From: Pristiophorus japonicus
Taxonomy: Eukaryota
Length of the DNA stretch: 64,000 bases
Assembly (NCBI RefSeq): GCF_044704955.1
Contig: NC_091999.1
Coordinates: 51,212,001 to 51,276,000 of the forward strand
Direction: 5' to 3'
Below the pieces are notes generated by a model. The model saw only the letters and a program-made list of their open reading frames with translations, was not told the origin of the DNA and searched no databases. A program made the position numbers and the translations under genes. This document shows, one piece after another, positions 24,655 to 37,332 of the stretch; the stretch's first letter is position 1, and each line of letters begins with the position of its first letter.

Positions 24655-25965
24655 AGTGCAGCATGGATTTATGAAGGGGAAATCATGCTTGACATATTTT
24701 CTGGATTTTTTTGAGGATGCAACTAGTAGAGTGGACAAGGGAGAACCAGTGGATATGGTGTATTTGGACTTTCAAAAGGTCTTTGACAAGGTCCCACACA
24801 AGAGATTGGTGTGCAAAATCAAAGCACATGGTATTGGGGGTAATGTACTGATGTGGATAGAGAATTGGTTGGCCGGCAGGAAGCAGAGAGTTGGGATAAA
24901 CGGGTCCTTTTCGGAATGGGAGGCAGTGACTAATGGAGTGCCGACTAATGGAGGGCTCAGTGCAGGGACCCCAGCTCTTTACAATATACATTAATGATTT
25001 GGATGCAGGAATTGAGTGTAATATCTCCAAGTTTGCAGATGACACTAAACTGGGTGGCGGTGTGATCTGTGAGGAGGATGCTAAGAGGCTGCAGAGTGAT
25101 TTGGACAGGTTAGGTGAGTGGGCAAATGCATGGCAGATGCATAGTAATGTGGATAAATGTGAGGTTATCCACTTTGATGGCAAAAACACGGAGCAGAATA
25201 TTATCTGAATGGTGGCAGATTCGGAAAAGGGGACGTGCACAGAGACCTGGGTGTCATGCTTCATCAGTGAATGAAAGTTGGCATGCAGGTACAGCAGGCG
25301 GTGAAGAAAGCAAATGGCATGTTGGCCTTCATAGCTATGGATTTAAGTTTAGGAGCAGGGAGGTCTTACTGCAGTTGTACAGGGCCTTGATGAGGCCTCA
25401 CCTGGAATAGTGTGTTCAGTTTTGGTCTCCGAATCTGAGGAAGGACATTCTTGCTATTGAGGGAGTGCAGCGAAGGTTCACCGGAATGATTTCAGGGATG
25501 ACTGGACTGACATATGAGGAGAGTCTGGATCAACTGCGCCTTTATACAGTGGAGTTTAGAAGGAAGAGAGGGGATCTCATAGAAACATATAAAATTCTGA
25601 CGGTACGGGACAGGTTAGATGCTGGAAGAATGTTCCCAATGTTGGGGAATACCAGAACCAGGGGAGATAGTCTAAGGATAAGGGGTAGGCCATTTATGAC
25701 TGAGATGAGGAGAAACTTCTTCACTCAGAGAGTTGTTAACATGTGGAATTCCCTGCTGCAGAGAGTCGTTGATTACAGTTCATTGGACATATTCAAGGGC
25801 AAGTTAAATATGGCCCTTATGGCTAAAGGGATCAAGGGGTATCGAGAGAAAGCAGGAAAGCGGTACTGAGATGAATGATCAGCCATGATCTTATTAATGG
25901 TGGTGCATGCTGGAATGGCCGAATGGCCTATTTCTGCACCTACTTTCTATGTTTCTATGTTTCCT
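24655..25965 (+). mobile_element. CR1 LINE, 5'-truncated, relatively well preserved
   Basis: QHGFMKGKSCLT, YLDFQKVFDKVPHKRL, SKFADDTKLGG; ends in (TTTCTATG)n octamers. Confidence 0.95.
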
Positions 25966-26764
25966 CAATCTTGTAGAGTCTTTGGCTGGTTGCAGTGACT
26001 TCGGTATTAGCACTGGTCGACGGTTTGATGGTAAATAAATGTGCTTCCTTGAGTCAGCGCTGGATGATTGTTGGTTTTTCCATGACTCCGAGGCTTCTTG
26101 TTAGGTTCTTCTTGTTATGTTGCTGTAACCTCGTCTGGCAAGTTTAATGTTTCAAAGCCAGAGTCAAAGATCCCAGAGTCCAAGTGCTTTTCCAGAGTGT
26201 TCTCAGATATATTTCTTCAGAAGTGCTTTCTCAGCCCAAAAGGTATCACAGCCCAAAAGTCACCACCAATGCCCCCATTAATACCGGAGAGCACAATTGA
26301 TTTCTGACGACTGCTTTTGTGCGATTTTGGCAGGCTGATAAACTCTAATGTGATCCCTTTGTGAGAAATGTTGGTGGGCTAATTGAGCATGAGCATGATA
26401 CAAGATTCCCAAAGGTGTTGATGGGGATTCCGAATGGTGCCGTTAGAATGTAATCAGGTCTTGATACTGTCCATTGTTTGTTTTGCTGATTCCAGGGATT
26501 TTCTGTATAGCCGTTTTAAGAACTATTAAAATATGTATGTATCTGGGTCCCTGGTAAGTGGGCTTTTGTTAGACTGCTAATGTCTCCCTGGGGCCTGCCT
26601 CCCAGGTGGGCTAGCAGCCCTATGCAGACCCAGCATACAATTTAAAATGTCCAAACTCAATCTAAAAGGCCCTAGTTTAGTCCAAAATCACCTAATAGTG
26701 AGATATTTCTGTCCACATTTCTCCTCCAAAAGTCTAACACAGTCTAATTTAAATTCCAGACACA

Positions 26765-26824
26765 GAAGGGCTGAATGGCCTACTCCTGCACCTATTTTCT
26801 ACGTTTCTATGTTTCTATGTTTCT
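26765..26824 (+). mobile_element. CR1 3' tail remnant
   Basis: gaagggctgaatggcctactcctgcacctattttctacgtttctatgtttctatgtttc. Confidence 0.8.
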
Positions 26825-27041
26825 AGTCCATTGAGTCGGGGGTCCCAGAATTTTGTGAATCCGACAGACATTAGTGAACAGTTGGGTTGTTACAACAATC
26901 CAACAGCTTTCATGGGAACTTTTTTCTGCTGGCGGCTGCACAAATAGCCAGCTTCATTCAGCTCAATTTCACAATCTGCCTTTGTGTTTTTGTGGGTTCT
27001 CTCTCACCCACCCTTTTTCCTGTTTGAAACTCACTTTACAG

Positions 27042-27600
27042 GGGATTAAAAGGGGAGGATTTGGCGACCAGAGGCTCAAACCAAACATCACGTTAAGATC
27101 TGACGGAGTCACTCAATTCATTGGGAACGGAATATCATCGGCCTTTGACCATGGAAGCGAAAAGCACTGTTCACAGCGGGGAGAAACAGTACACGTGCTC
27201 TGTTTGTGGACAAGGCTTCAGCCGATCAGTCAAACTGGAGAGACACAAGTGCAGTCACACTGGGGAGAAACTGTGTAATGGTGGGGACAGTGGGAAATGT
27301 TTCAACTACCGGTCCCAGCTGGAAACATATCGGCGAGTTCGCACCGGTGAAAGGCCGATCAGTTGCTCTGAGTGTGGGGAGGGATTCACTTGTTCATCCC
27401 ACCTGTTGAGGCACCAGTGAATTCACACTAGGAAGAGGCCGTTCACCTGCTCCGAGTGTATAGAGGGATTCACTACATCATCCCATTTGCTGACACACCA
27501 GCGAGTTCACACTGGGGAGAGGCGGTTCACCTGCTCTGAGTGTGGGAAGGGATTCAGTACGTTAGCCCACGTGTTGAGGCACCAGCGAATTCACAAGTGA
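27042..27600 (+). pseudogene. C2H2 (Kruppel-type) zinc-finger pseudogene exon, five fingers
   Basis: Candidate acceptor ctcactttacag at 27030-27041. Reads [27 protein letters not shown]; finger 2 lacks its C/H ligands; [18 protein letters not shown] (TGA 27418-27420, probably from CGA); two more in-frame fingers to TGA at 27598-27600. Confidence 0.9.
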
Positions 27601-28066
27601 CTGCAGGGGTTGGAATCTGCTGTTATCGCTGCTGTTAATCACATCCCGACTGAACCATGTTCATTCTGACAGTTGGAAGCCGAGTGAGGAGGTCTCGGAT
27701 CGCGGGGATAGGTTAGGCAGGGAGGATACAGGAGGTAGGTGTAAGGGCAATTACCACCTGGGTGCAGCAGACCCCACCTCACTGTAACTGTAGGGATTTA
27801 CACAGTGTGTACAACCAGAGCAGCTACAGTTAAACACAAAATGGAGGTTAAAAGAGAGGATTGCAGCCTCATTTAAATATATTACTCAAATATAATATTA
27901 CAACCAGAACTGAGCACGTTGAGGTCGGGATTACGATTTTTACCAATTTAACCTCCTCCACGCCCACAACCCGCCCGCTTCATTCGGTTAAAGTCCCCCG
28001 CCCCCCCCCCCCCCATTGTCTCTGGAATTGTCCAGTTCATTGATCTTTATTGTAACTGCTCTGCAG

Positions 28067-28458
28067 CGAAAGATGAGCGGGAACCGGCCGTGTCTGTCCT
28101 CCTGCCCTCGGCAGAAGAAGTCTCCGCTCAGAGATCAGTCAGCCTCACCTGTTTAGTGAGAGGTTTCTCCCCTCGAGAAATCTTTGTCAAATGGACCGTC
28201 AATGACAAACCGGTAGATTCCGGCAACTACAAGAACACCGAGGTGATGGCGGAGAATGGCAGCAGATCCTTCTCCATATAGAGCCTGCTATCCATTGCAG
28301 CTGAGGAGTGGGCCAGCGGCGCTTCTTACTCCTGTGTGGTGGGACATGAAGCGATCCACTTGAAGATCACCAACAGAACCGTCAATAAATCCAGCGGTAA
28401 ACCCAGTTTTGTGAACATTTCCCTTGTTCTGATGGACACCGTCAATCCTTGTCAATGA
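28067..28458 (+). pseudogene. IGHM: Immunoglobulin mu heavy chain Cmu4 exon + secretory tailpiece, with premature stop
   Basis: Acceptor ctgcag| at 28066. Reads [43 protein letters not shown]...[62 protein letters not shown], closely matching recalled shark IgM CH4 and tail. TAG at 28279-28281 replaces Tyr; internal donor G|GTAAA at 28396/28397. Confidence 0.93.
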
Positions 28459-28495
28459 CAATCTCTCGATTGCATTTCAGTTCTAAATTAAAACC

Positions 28496-28501
28496 AATAA
28501 A
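28496..28501 (+). promoter_or_regulatory. Polyadenylation signal for the secretory mu form
   Basis: AATAAA about 40 nt after the tailpiece stop, followed by GT/T-rich sequence. Confidence 0.75.
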
Positions 28502-28849
28502 GTGTTTCCTTTCTAACAGTGAGCTAAACACACAGCCGCTCAATTAATTGTGTTTCCTATTTTGGCCAATGTGAGGGCTGTTTATCTGAAGTAGGGTGTT
28601 TGCGGGTCTCGTTTTTAAGGCTTGTACAGCCAGAGCTCCCAGCACAGATACACCATGGTGAAGCTCTCTCTTTACAGGATTCCTGAAAGTAACTTTGCAA
28701 ACTTCCTCCCTTTTCCATTTCCGATAAATAAACAGAGCACATTTAAATCTCTGTGTCCCTATTTCTCGGGTTGTCTATCGCGAATTCAGAATTGAAGTAA
28801 GTTTCAGATTTCAGCCACTGGGAACTGAAGTGAGGGCCACACGCGAACA

Positions 28850-29260
28850 CGAACTGTACCTCCATTCCCCGCCAGTGAGAGGGGAAAGGGTAATTGTTAA
28901 CCAACTTTAGTCCCACTCCCCTAACTAGAGAGAGGGGGGGGAGGGTAATTGTTGGCCCACTTTAATACCATTCCCTAAACAGCGAGTGAGAGGAACAGCA
29001 ATTGTTAACCCACTGTACACGCACTACCCAACCAGAGATAGGGAAATGGACAATTGTTAACCCACTGTATCAGGCACTCCCCCAGCAGAGATTGTGATGG
29101 GTAATTGGTAATCTACTGTAGCTCCCCACTCCCCCAGCAGAGAGAGAGTAAAGGGTAATTATTAGCTTACTGGACCTCTCACATCCACCAGCGAGAGGGT
29201 AAAGGGCAATGTGTAATTCATGTAATCCCCACTAACTACCCCTCCCCCCCCCGCCTGCAG
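28850..29260. repeat. Diverged ~55-bp tandem repeat in the Cmu4-TM intron
   Basis: ggtaattgttaacccactgta...cactcccc...agagagaggg recurs about seven times. Confidence 0.75.
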
Positions 29261-29699
29261 GGACATGGGAAGTGAACCACCTTCTTTTATATGGACTAAG
29301 TTGGCGTCAGTACAATGTGAGATTCTAACCCATGGTCTAAAGATTTTAAACTTGCCACATGAGTATTATATTCTGAATTAACTGTTTATTCCAAGTAATA
29401 TTTTTAAATAGGATTGGGGTTGCAACAGTCCCTGTTAATTGTAAACTAACATGCTGAATTCTCATGGGCCATATCTAAATTGGTGGATGAATTCTCTGTG
29501 GGATTCTCACAGTTGTGTCCCTGATGTTTCTCAGGCCCATCGGTTGAATTGTTGCATTCTTTCGGCTGACGTCACATTGTTCCTCAAACAGAACATATTT
29601 ACACAGAGCCAGGGAGAATAAATGTGAAAGTGAGTTTGTGTGTGTTCACATGGAAGTGTGTTGATGATTTTGTGTAAGTGTGTGTGTTTTTGTGTAAGT

Positions 29700-31330
29700 G
29701 CACACTTACACACACATAAAGACACATGTCAATCCACACACACACTTACACAAAACACACTTACACACACTTACACACACACATCAATCCAAACACACAC
29801 TTACACAAAGCACACTTACACACACTTACACAGAACACACTTACACACACATAACCACACACACACCAATCCAAACACACACTTACAAAAAGCACACTTG
29901 CACACACTTACACACACATAAATACACACATCAATCCATACACGCACTTACACAAAACACACTTTCACACACTTACACAAACACATCAATCCAAACACAC
30001 ACTTACAAAAAGCACACTTGCACACACTTACACACACATAAATACACACATCAATCCATACACGCACTTACACAAAACACACTTTCACACACAAAAACAC
30101 ACACATCATTCCACACACACACTTACACAAAACACAGGTACACACACTTACACACACATTAACACACACATCAATCCACACACGCACTTACACAAAACAC
30201 ACTTACACACATAAATACACACATCAATCTACACACACACACACTTACACAAAACACACTTACGCACACATAAATACACACATCAATCCACACACGCACT
30301 TACACAAAACACACTTACACACACATAAACATACACATCAATCCACACACGCACTTACCCAAAACAGACACACACACACACACACTTACACCCACATAAA
30401 CACACATGGCAATCCACACACGCACTTACACAAAACACACGTGCAAACACTTACACACACTTACAAACACTGATACACACTTACACAAAACACATTTACA
30501 CACACATAAACACACACATGAATCCACACACGCACTTACACAACACACACGTACGCACACTTAAACACACATAAACACAAAAATTAATCCAAACACGCAC
30601 TTACAAAAAGCACGCTTATACACACTTACACACACACATTTCCACACACGTCAATCCAAACACCCACTTACAAGCACACACTTCCACATACATCAATCAA
30701 AACACTCACTTACAAAAACACACTTACACACACTTACACACACATAAACACACACATCAATCCACACACACACTAACACAAAACACACGCACAAAAACAC
30801 ACAAAAACTTACCTGTAAACCCACTGTTACATGTAAACACGCACACGCTGATACCTAAACATAAACGAACACTCAGACATAATCACACACTTACAATTAC
30901 AGACAAACACACACATGAACTTACATACATATACACTAGGATACACATACACTTACACATAAGCACACACGTGAACGCACTTGCACACAAACATACACAC
31001 ACAAACATCAATACACAAACCCTTAGACATGGACGTGCTTATACATAAACTTACCTGCACACACTACACCAAACCGCACACTCATAATTACAGATAAACA
31101 CACGCTTCCCTATAGACACACGCCCACTTACACAAAAAAACACAAAGACTTACACACACATACACAATTTTACAAATGCACACGTGCACAAACTTACACA
31201 TCAACAAACACAGTTACACATAAACACACACACACACACACACACACTTTTACACATAAACGTACACACAGAGAGAAAAGCACGCACACAATTACATAAA
31301 CACACACATCAACACCCTCACAGGGACACA
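29700..31330. repeat. CA-rich compound microsatellite (acacttacacac / acatcaatccac motifs)
   Basis: Seen directly; includes a near-exact 120-bp tandem duplication (29881 vs 30001). Confidence 0.95.
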
Positions 31331-32026
31331 GAAACACGAACTAATCCAGAACAACAGATAGTCATACACTCACAAAAACAGTAAAGAGCACAAACAAAAA
31401 CCTCCGGCTTTAGACGAATGACAATTAAAATGCAGTTTTTGGCCGGACAAAGTACCAATGCTTGGCCAGAATAAATAATTCCTGATACCATAATATCTCA
31501 CGTTTCACTATTCTATCCTTACACATAAACTGGATCAATATAGTTCTTGCAAACCGATACGTTAATTATGGTCAGAGCATTACCTTAACAAATAAATAAA
31601 CAAGGTAAAAACTCACAACTGATCTCTTACATAGCCCCTTTGGCAGGCTCCAAATAATTAACTACCTTAACCTAGCGCTAAAACAATAGAGATCCAGCTG
31701 TAATCCTCACTCGATATTTCATCATATTATTTCCGAATGATCGATCGTAGCGAAGTCATCCAAAATCAATTAGCCTCTGAGATTGAAGAAAAACTATCAT
31801 ATTTTCCAAAACGGACGAAAGGAGGATCATAAAGGAAGAGCGACTGTGGAGTGAGGAACAGACGGAGGTTGCTGAGAGTGATTAACTTAACACAAAGTAT
31901 ACATTCAAAGTTAAATTAGAGTACAAACTAATACCGTAAGGGAAAGAAAAGAGGAAATAAAATAATAGTATGACATCCCACATTAATAAACGATCTGAAT
32001 ATATTTCCTCCCCTACATCCCCGTAG

Positions 32027-32154
32027 ATTCCTCAGACAACATCTGGAGTGAAGTCTATGAGGACGAGAGCGACAACATCTGTACAATTGCTTCCACATTC
32101 ATCATCCTGTTCTTCCTGAGCATTTCCTACAGCGCTGCCGTCACTCTGGTGAAA
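32027..32154 (+). pseudogene. IGHM: IgM transmembrane exon TM1
   Basis: Acceptor ccgtag| at 32026. In phase with the Cmu4 internal donor it reads DSSDNIWSEVYEDESDNICTIASTFIILFFLSISYSAAVTLVK, with the conserved antigen-receptor TM pattern TF..LF.LS..YS..VT. Donor GT at 32155. Confidence 0.92.
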
Positions 32155-32268
32155 GTGGAAAGATTCAATCCGCTCACACTTCCATCTGACGGAAGACGTT
32201 TGACAAACCCTGAGATAAATGCCCTAGAGCACTAAACCTCAGCTTCATTCTTTTATCCCTCTATTACA

Positions 32269-32277
32269 GTCAAGTGA
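32269..32277 (+). pseudogene. IGHM: IgM TM2 exon (VK-stop), apparently missing one G at the acceptor
   Basis: Polypyrimidine tract then ttacagtcaagtga, where cag|GTC AAG TGA is expected; AATAAA at 32339-32344. Confidence 0.75.
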
Positions 32278-32621
32278 TGGTCTGACTTTCAGCCGACGTA
32301 GATTTTCTTCATCTGTTTATCATCTCTGTGTCACTAAAAATAAACTATGTCCTCTTGGCGATTCTCAGAGTAAAATGCCTCAAGTTACTAGATCCGAATC
32401 AGTATATAACTTGGATTTCCGTCTTTCTGTTTGAAATGTGTTCGATAATTGTGGATGTAATGTAACTGTATCTCGGAGTTTCACCGTGCCTTGAATATTT
32501 CATGTGTAAATAAGTAACTTTAATCATTCTTATTCACAATTGTTCCCTTCCCTTTATGCTGAGCCCCTGTTCTCTCTCTCTGGTGTCTGTCACAACTGTA
32601 CAGATAGCTGGCAGCTCCGAG

Positions 32622-33050
32622 ATAAGAACATAAGAAATAGGAGCAGGAGTAGGCCATATGGCCCCTTGAGTTTGCTCCGCAATTCAATACATTCAGGGCT
32701 GATCATCGACCTCAACTCCACTTTCCCGCCCGTTAGCCATATCCCTTGTTCTGCTTGAGTCCAAAAATCTATCTATTTGGGCCTTGAATATATTTAGAGA
32801 CTCAGCCTCCACAGCCGTCTGGGGCAGAGAATTCCAAAGATTCAGAACCCTCTGAATGAAGGAATTCCTCCTCGTCTCTGTCTGAACTGGCCGATCGTTT
32901 ATCCTTAGACAGTGCCTTCCAAGTTCTGAACTCTCCAGCCATGGAGAAACAAAGCTTCAGCATTTACCCTGTCAATCGCTCTCAGAATCTTATGTTTCAA
33001 TCAGATCAACTCTCATTATTCTAAACTCCAGAGAGTACAGGCCCAATCCG
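32622..33050 (-). mobile_element. CR1 LINE 3' end
   Basis: ataagaacataagaaataggagcaggagtaggccatatggcccc tail followed by CR1 3' ORF2 sequence. Confidence 0.88.
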
Positions 33051-33504
33051 CCTGTGTTCGGTTCTCAATGTTTTGCTCAGTTGTATTCACTTTGTGTTCA
33101 CTTTTTTAAACTTCCCTGTAAATTGTTTTCTATGAAATTGTTAATAAATCTGGAATGACAAATAAACTAACTTGGAATTTGCTGTGTTCCTTTCTCCATG
33201 GCTCCATTTTCCCTGTCACACTGTGTTTTATTTACCTGACAGGTATGTTTCACCCGTCCTGTCTGGGTTGTGATTGAAACCAAGTCCCATTGGTGAAAGA
33301 CCCACTGCGCCACCCAGTGTCCCATCAGAGTAAAGACACCTCTACCGATGCCTTGTTGTATCCGGTCCCAGAGGCGCAATTACTGCACAGCGACCAGATG
33401 CACTATGCAGCCTCCTCGAATATTATGGTCTGTCGCAGTCACATGGCAGGTTCTATTAAAGAGCAGGACTCTGCTCCATCACAGCTTGTCACATTTCAGT
33501 ACAC

Positions 33505-34035
33505 GACAGAGTAAGTTTTCCTCTACATCTCCTCTAAATCTCCTAGGGCAGGTACAGCATTGGATTGATATAAGTTAAATGCCCCTATACACTGTCCAAT
33601 CAAACACTCACAGGGCAGATAAAGCACGCATTAGATACAGAGTGAAGCTCCCTCTAGACCGACCCATCAAACATTCCCTGTGCAGGGAGAGCACGGTTAG
33701 ATACAGAGTAATGCTCCCTCTACACTGACCCATCAAACTCTCCCAGTGCAGAGACAGCATGGGTTAAATGCACAGTAAAGCTCCCTCTACACTGACCCAT
33801 CAAACTCTCCCAGGGCAGGGACAGCACGGGTTAGATAGCGTGTAAAGCTCCCTCTACACTGACACATCAAACACTCCCAGTGCAGGGATAGCAGGGTTTA
33901 GATACAATGTAAAGCTCCCTCTACACTGACGTATTTAACTCTCCCAGGGCAGGTACAGCACGGGTTGGATATAGAGTAAAACACCCTCTACACTGTCCCA
34001 TCAAAAGTCGCAGGGCAGGGATAGCACTGGTTCGA
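33505..34035. repeat. 67-bp tandem repeat, ~8 copies
   Basis: aaagctccctctacactgac starts at 33777, 33844 and 33911. Confidence 0.92.
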
Positions 34036-34530
34036 AATCTGACACAAACACCGAGCACAACCTTGGGGAATCATTCCCAGAGCCCGGTGCATTTCAGATT
34101 CACACACGCTCTCTCGACCGTTTTCTGTTATACACAGCGACTCTCTCAATTTTCCAGTTGAACAGCTTTGAGACAGTATTTCAGGCAGATGAGATCCGGC
34201 GCCGCACAGTGCCCATGGGTATTATGGAGCCCTCTCCGCCGGTGTGCTAGGTGGGGGCAGAGTGTGTGATCGCCGGAGAAAATCCAATTCTGATCTAATA
34301 CCATTTTAGTTTTGACCAGGCTAAGTATGCGAGTGGAGACCTCCTCTCGGGGAGGGCATTTGTACAATGATTTTTGGTTTTGGATAGTCCTCTTTAAATG
34401 ACTCTCGAGTCCAAACGTTTTAAACAGAACGAGGAGCAAAGTAACCACCTCCAATGCTGCTCTAATCTCAGCAACACCCATTAAACCCTGACACTCTGTC
34501 TCCTGTTTCCAGAATGCAGTTAGCCCTACT

Positions 34531-36292
34531 GAAATTAGTAATGGGGAACATGGAGATGGCAGAAATTCTCAACAATATTTTGTATTAGTCTTTACAGTCG
34601 AGGATACTAGCAATATTCCGACAGTGGATAGTAAAGGGCCTATAGGACGGGTGGAACTTAACACAATCACAATCACTAAGGCGATGCTACTCAGTAAGAT
34701 AATGGGAATAAAGGCGGATAAATCCCCTAGACATGATGGATTGCATCCTCGGGTCTTAAAAGAAGTAGTGATAGGGATTGTGGATGTATTGGTTTTAGCT
34801 TACCAAAATTCTCTGGATTCTGGGGAGATCCCAGCAGATTTTAAAATTGCAAATGTAACGTGCCTATTTAAAAAAAGGAAGCAGACAAAGAGCAGGAAAC
34901 TATAGACCAGTTAGACTAACATCTGTGGCTGGGAAAATGTTGGAGTTCATTATTAAAGAAGCTGTAGCCGGACATTTTGAAAAGCAAAATTCGGTCAGGC
35001 AGAATCACCATGGACTTATGAAGCGGAAGTCATGTTTGACAAATTTGCTGGAGTTCTTTGAGGATGTAACGAACAGGGTGGATAAACCAGAATCAGTGGA
35101 AGTGGTGTATGTGGATTTATAGAGGCATTTGACAAGGTGCGACATAAACGGTTAATGCACAAGATAAACGTACACGGGGTTGTGGGTAATATAGTAGCAT
35201 GGATAGAGAATTAGCTAACGAACATAAACAGAGAGTAGGGATAAATGGGTAATTCTGTGATTGGCAACCAGTAACTAGTAGGGCGCCGCAGTGATCAGTG
35301 CTGTGACCCCAACTATTTACTATCTATATTAACGACTTGGTAGAAGGGACTGAGTGTAACATAGCCAAGTTTGATGACTTTACAAAGATGTGAGGAAAAG
35401 CAATGTGTGAGGAGGACACAACAAATCTGCAAAAGGACGTAGACAGGCTAAGTGAGTGGGCAAAAATTTGGCAGATGGAGTATAATGTTAGAAAGTGTGA
35501 GGTCATGCACTTTTGCAGAAAAAAATCAAAGAGCACGTTATTATTTAAATGGAGAAAAATTGCAAAGTGCCGCAGCACAGCAGGACCTGGGGTATTTGTG
35601 CATGAAACACAAAAGGATAGTATGCAGGTAGAGCAAGTGATCAGGAAGGCCAATGGTATCTTGACTTTTATTGCAAAGGGGATGGAGTATAAAAGCAGGG
35701 AAATCTTGCTAATGCGATATAAGATATTGGTGAGGCCAAACCTGGAATACGACGTGAAGTTTTGGTTTCCATATTTACGAAAGGATATACTTGTTTTGGA
35801 AGCAGTTCAGAGAAGGTTCACTCGGTTGATTCCGGGAATGAGGGGGATGAGTTATGAGGAAAGGTTGAGTAGGTTGGGCCTCCACGCATTGGAATTCAGA
35901 AGAATGAGAGGTGATCTTATCGAAAAGTATAAGCTTATGAAGGGGCTTGTCAGGATGGATGTAGCGAGCATGTTTCCACTGATGAGGGAGACTAGTACTA
36001 GAGGGCATGATCTTAGAATCAGGGGCCGCCCATTTAAAACAGAGATGAGCAGAAATCTGTTCTCTCAGAGGGTTGTAAATATGTGGAAATCGCTGCCTCA
36101 GAGAGTTCTGGAAGCTGGGTCACTGAACAAATTTAAGGCAGAAATAGACAGTTTCTTAAACGATAAGGTGATAAGGGGCTATGGGGTGCGGGCAGAGAAG
36201 TGGAGCTGAATCCATGAACAGATCAGCCCTGATCCTATTGAAAGATGGAGCAGGCTCCAGGGACCGTATTGTCTGCTCCTGTTCCTATTTCT
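34531..36292 (+). mobile_element. CR1 LINE, 5'-truncated ORF2 + 3' tail, abutting the tRNA array
   Basis: DKSPRHDGLHPRVLKEV, KSCLTNLLEFFEDVT, LVRPNLEY, FWFPYLRKDI; same subfamily as 19319-21588. Confidence 0.93.
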
Positions 36293-36342
36293 AAACCCCA
36301 ATGGATTTTTGTCCATCGTCTTAACCACTCGGCCACAACTAC
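36293..36342 (-). pseudogene. 5' half of tRNA-Ser, truncated by the CR1 3' end
   Basis: GTAGTTGTGGCCGAGTGGTTAAGACGATGGACAAAAATCCATTGGGGTTT, then CR1 tail. Confidence 0.85.
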
Positions 36343-36561
36343 TGGTCCGCTGCCTCTTCAAATTTTACTCAGATAAAACTCAGTCATCCATCTCTGGGCA
36401 GCAGACGGCCACAGAATCCTGAAACAGTCTCCGTTTGCGAAAAATCTGGAAGAGGAAATCAGCTTTTGCTATATTTTTACTGTTCTATTTTACACTGGAA
36501 CTTTTTATCATGAGTCTGTACCAAGAAACAAAAGTAAAATTTTACATTTTGAAACAACTGC

Positions 36562-36633
36562 CTCCGCGTCGGGGAATTGAACCCCAGTGTCTCGAGTAAC
36601 AGGGGGGGATACTCACCGCTATACTAACGAGGA
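36562..36633 (-). pseudogene. tRNA-Asp-derived pseudogene (anticodon now GTT)
   Basis: TCCTCGTTAGTATAGCGGTGAGTATCCCCCCCTGTTACTCGAGACACTGGGGTTCAATTCCCCGACGCGGAG versus vertebrate tRNA-Asp-GTC; anticodon stem broken. Confidence 0.85.
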
Positions 36634-37279
36634 GCTGACAGATAGTGCGTCTGTCAGATCCGGAATTGAGCTATGAACAGAAGTGGACACCATGAGAAGC
36701 CGACCGACACATTGAGAGACAGAGACAAACCGACAAACAGGGAGAGACAGACAACGAGATAGAGACAACGAGAGTCAGAAAGTGTGAGTCTAAGAAGGAG
36801 AGGCAGACTCAGTGAAAAAAAGACTCAAACACACACATATAGAGAGATGTGTCTGTGTGCTCTATAAAGAGAGAGAGGGAAAGAGTGAGAAATACAATGA
36901 CAAGGAGAGAGACAGATAGAGAGAGAGGGACAGAGATATCAATAGAAAATGATGGAAATATTCAGCAGGTTAGAGACAGGCTGTCAAAGAGAGATGATCG
37001 GAAAGAGAGAGTCAGTCAGACATAGAGTCTGAGAGAAATCCATTGGAACAGAACTGGACACCGTGAGAAAGAAAGAGAGACAAACAGAGAAACAGGGTGA
37101 GTCAGAGACTCAAACACACACAAAGCTCTCTAAAGAGAGAGAGAAAGGCAGAGACTCAACGATACAGATACTTTTCACAATTTCATTTCATTATCGGCTC
37201 AGAGTGTCACAGACAAATTCAGATTCAAATCGGGTATCACTGAGCAGGATGGGAAACAAACTGCGTTAAATTATGGGGT

Positions 37280-37332
37280 TACCAGGACTGAGGATCTCAA
37301 GTCCGAAGGATTGACCACTCGTCCATCCTCAT
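37280..37332 (-). pseudogene. Internally deleted tRNA-Leu remnant
   Basis: taccagga...ggatctcaagtcc...accactcgtccatcct; about 30 nt (T and variable arms) missing. Confidence 0.7.

Noticed and set aside
26098-26307. SDIFLQKCFLSPKGI, weakly resembling a Penelope-like N-terminal motif
   Set aside because: Too short and degenerate to call without a search.
27780-27807. CACTGTA-14 nt-CACAGTG, resembling an IgH D segment with RSS heptamers
   Set aside because: No convincing nonamers at 12 or 22/23 spacing, and the position just before Cmu4 is wrong for a D segment; likely chance.
29640-30162. His/Thr-rich ORFs
   Set aside because: Translations of the CA microsatellite.
34158-34325. Possible exon (acceptor ttttccag) with PSPPVC resembling a sushi/CCP domain end
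   Set aside because: Stops in all three frames and an incomplete Cys/Trp pattern; unsupported without a homology search.
35403-36209. 268-aa ORF as a host gene
   Set aside because: It is the CR1 ORF2 C-terminus within a truncated, stop-riddled element.
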